Shown here: positions 8,171-8,732 of the stretch, one piece after another | Layout of the letters: every line of letters starts with the position of its first letter | Position numbering within the stretch: the stretch's first letter is position 1 | DNA from: Octopus sinensis | Lineage: Eukaryota | Direction of reading: 5' to 3' | Assembly (NCBI RefSeq): GCF_006345805.1 | Contig: NW_021828288.1 | Coordinates: forward strand, 1-8,732 | Length of the DNA: 8,732 nt | Program-made: the position numbers and the translations under genes | The notes under the pieces: generated by a model | Databases searched by the model: none | What the model was told of the DNA's origin: nothing | What the model saw: only the letters and a program-made list of their open reading frames with translations

Positions 8171-8677
8171 CCGTAAATCCTCGGGTATAGTCCACCCTTG
8201 AGTATAATACGCAGGGGATTTTTAGGGGGATATACCTCCGAAAAACCTAAATCTTGTGTATAATACGCACTCCTTTTCTAACTTGAGTCAAGGAGGTCTA
8301 TATAACGTCCTTGGTTTGTTAAAATATATACGGTAACGTCCTTTATTATTATTGTAGATATACATAATGCAAACGTGTAGCTTTTTCGTGCATTTTGTTT
8401 TGCAGATAAAGAAATAACAGTATAATGTTTAATAATGTTGCTTACTGCAAGTTATGGATGATTCTTTTATGACTTCATTGCTTTCAGGCTTAGCTTAAGG
8501 TATTTTCGCACCCGACATCACAAAATGTGTCTGAATAAACATTGCCGGACAGCAAGTAAAGACTCGGACATTGCTTAGAAAATATTTTTCATTGTTAACC
8601 TCGTATATAGTACGCACTAGGGATTTTGACCGTTAGATTTTGGGAGAAAAGTGAGGATTATTCACGAGGATTTACGG
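8171..8677. mobile_element. Complete 507-bp MITE of the Tc1/mariner superfamily (Tc2/pogo-like CCGTA termini) with TA target-site duplication
   Basis: A perfect 13-bp TIR, ccgtaaatcctcg (8171-8183) / cgaggatttacgg (8665-8677), extends to 20 of 23 matches. TA lies at 8169-8170 and 8678-8679. There is no ORF. Confidence 0.92.
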
Positions 8678-8732
8678 TATATCTTATACTTTCTAGATTT
8701 GCATTCAAGTGAGGAAAAGCATAAACACCAAA

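Overview
AT-rich eukaryotic non-coding DNA made almost entirely of microsatellites and transposable-element debris. The repeat types resemble octopus/cephalopod repeats as I remember them; no database search was run. No intact protein-coding gene is supported, and nearly all listed ORFs are microsatellite or repeat read-throughs. The window holds three copies of an unclassified ~550-bp element, two of them embedded in (AAT)n tracts. It also holds a decayed L1/Tx1-type LINE ORF2 C-terminus, three tRNA-derived SINE copies or fragments, a ~20-bp minisatellite, a decayed Tc1-family transposase, and a complete Tc2/pogo-like MITE with TIRs and TA target duplication. The most notable feature is a ~200-bp element between (TG)n and (TA)n tracts that carries a minimal type I hammerhead ribozyme (5643-5677), typical of Penelope-like pLTRs or retrozymes. 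A related tail in the opposite orientation sits at the other end of the Tc1 remnant.
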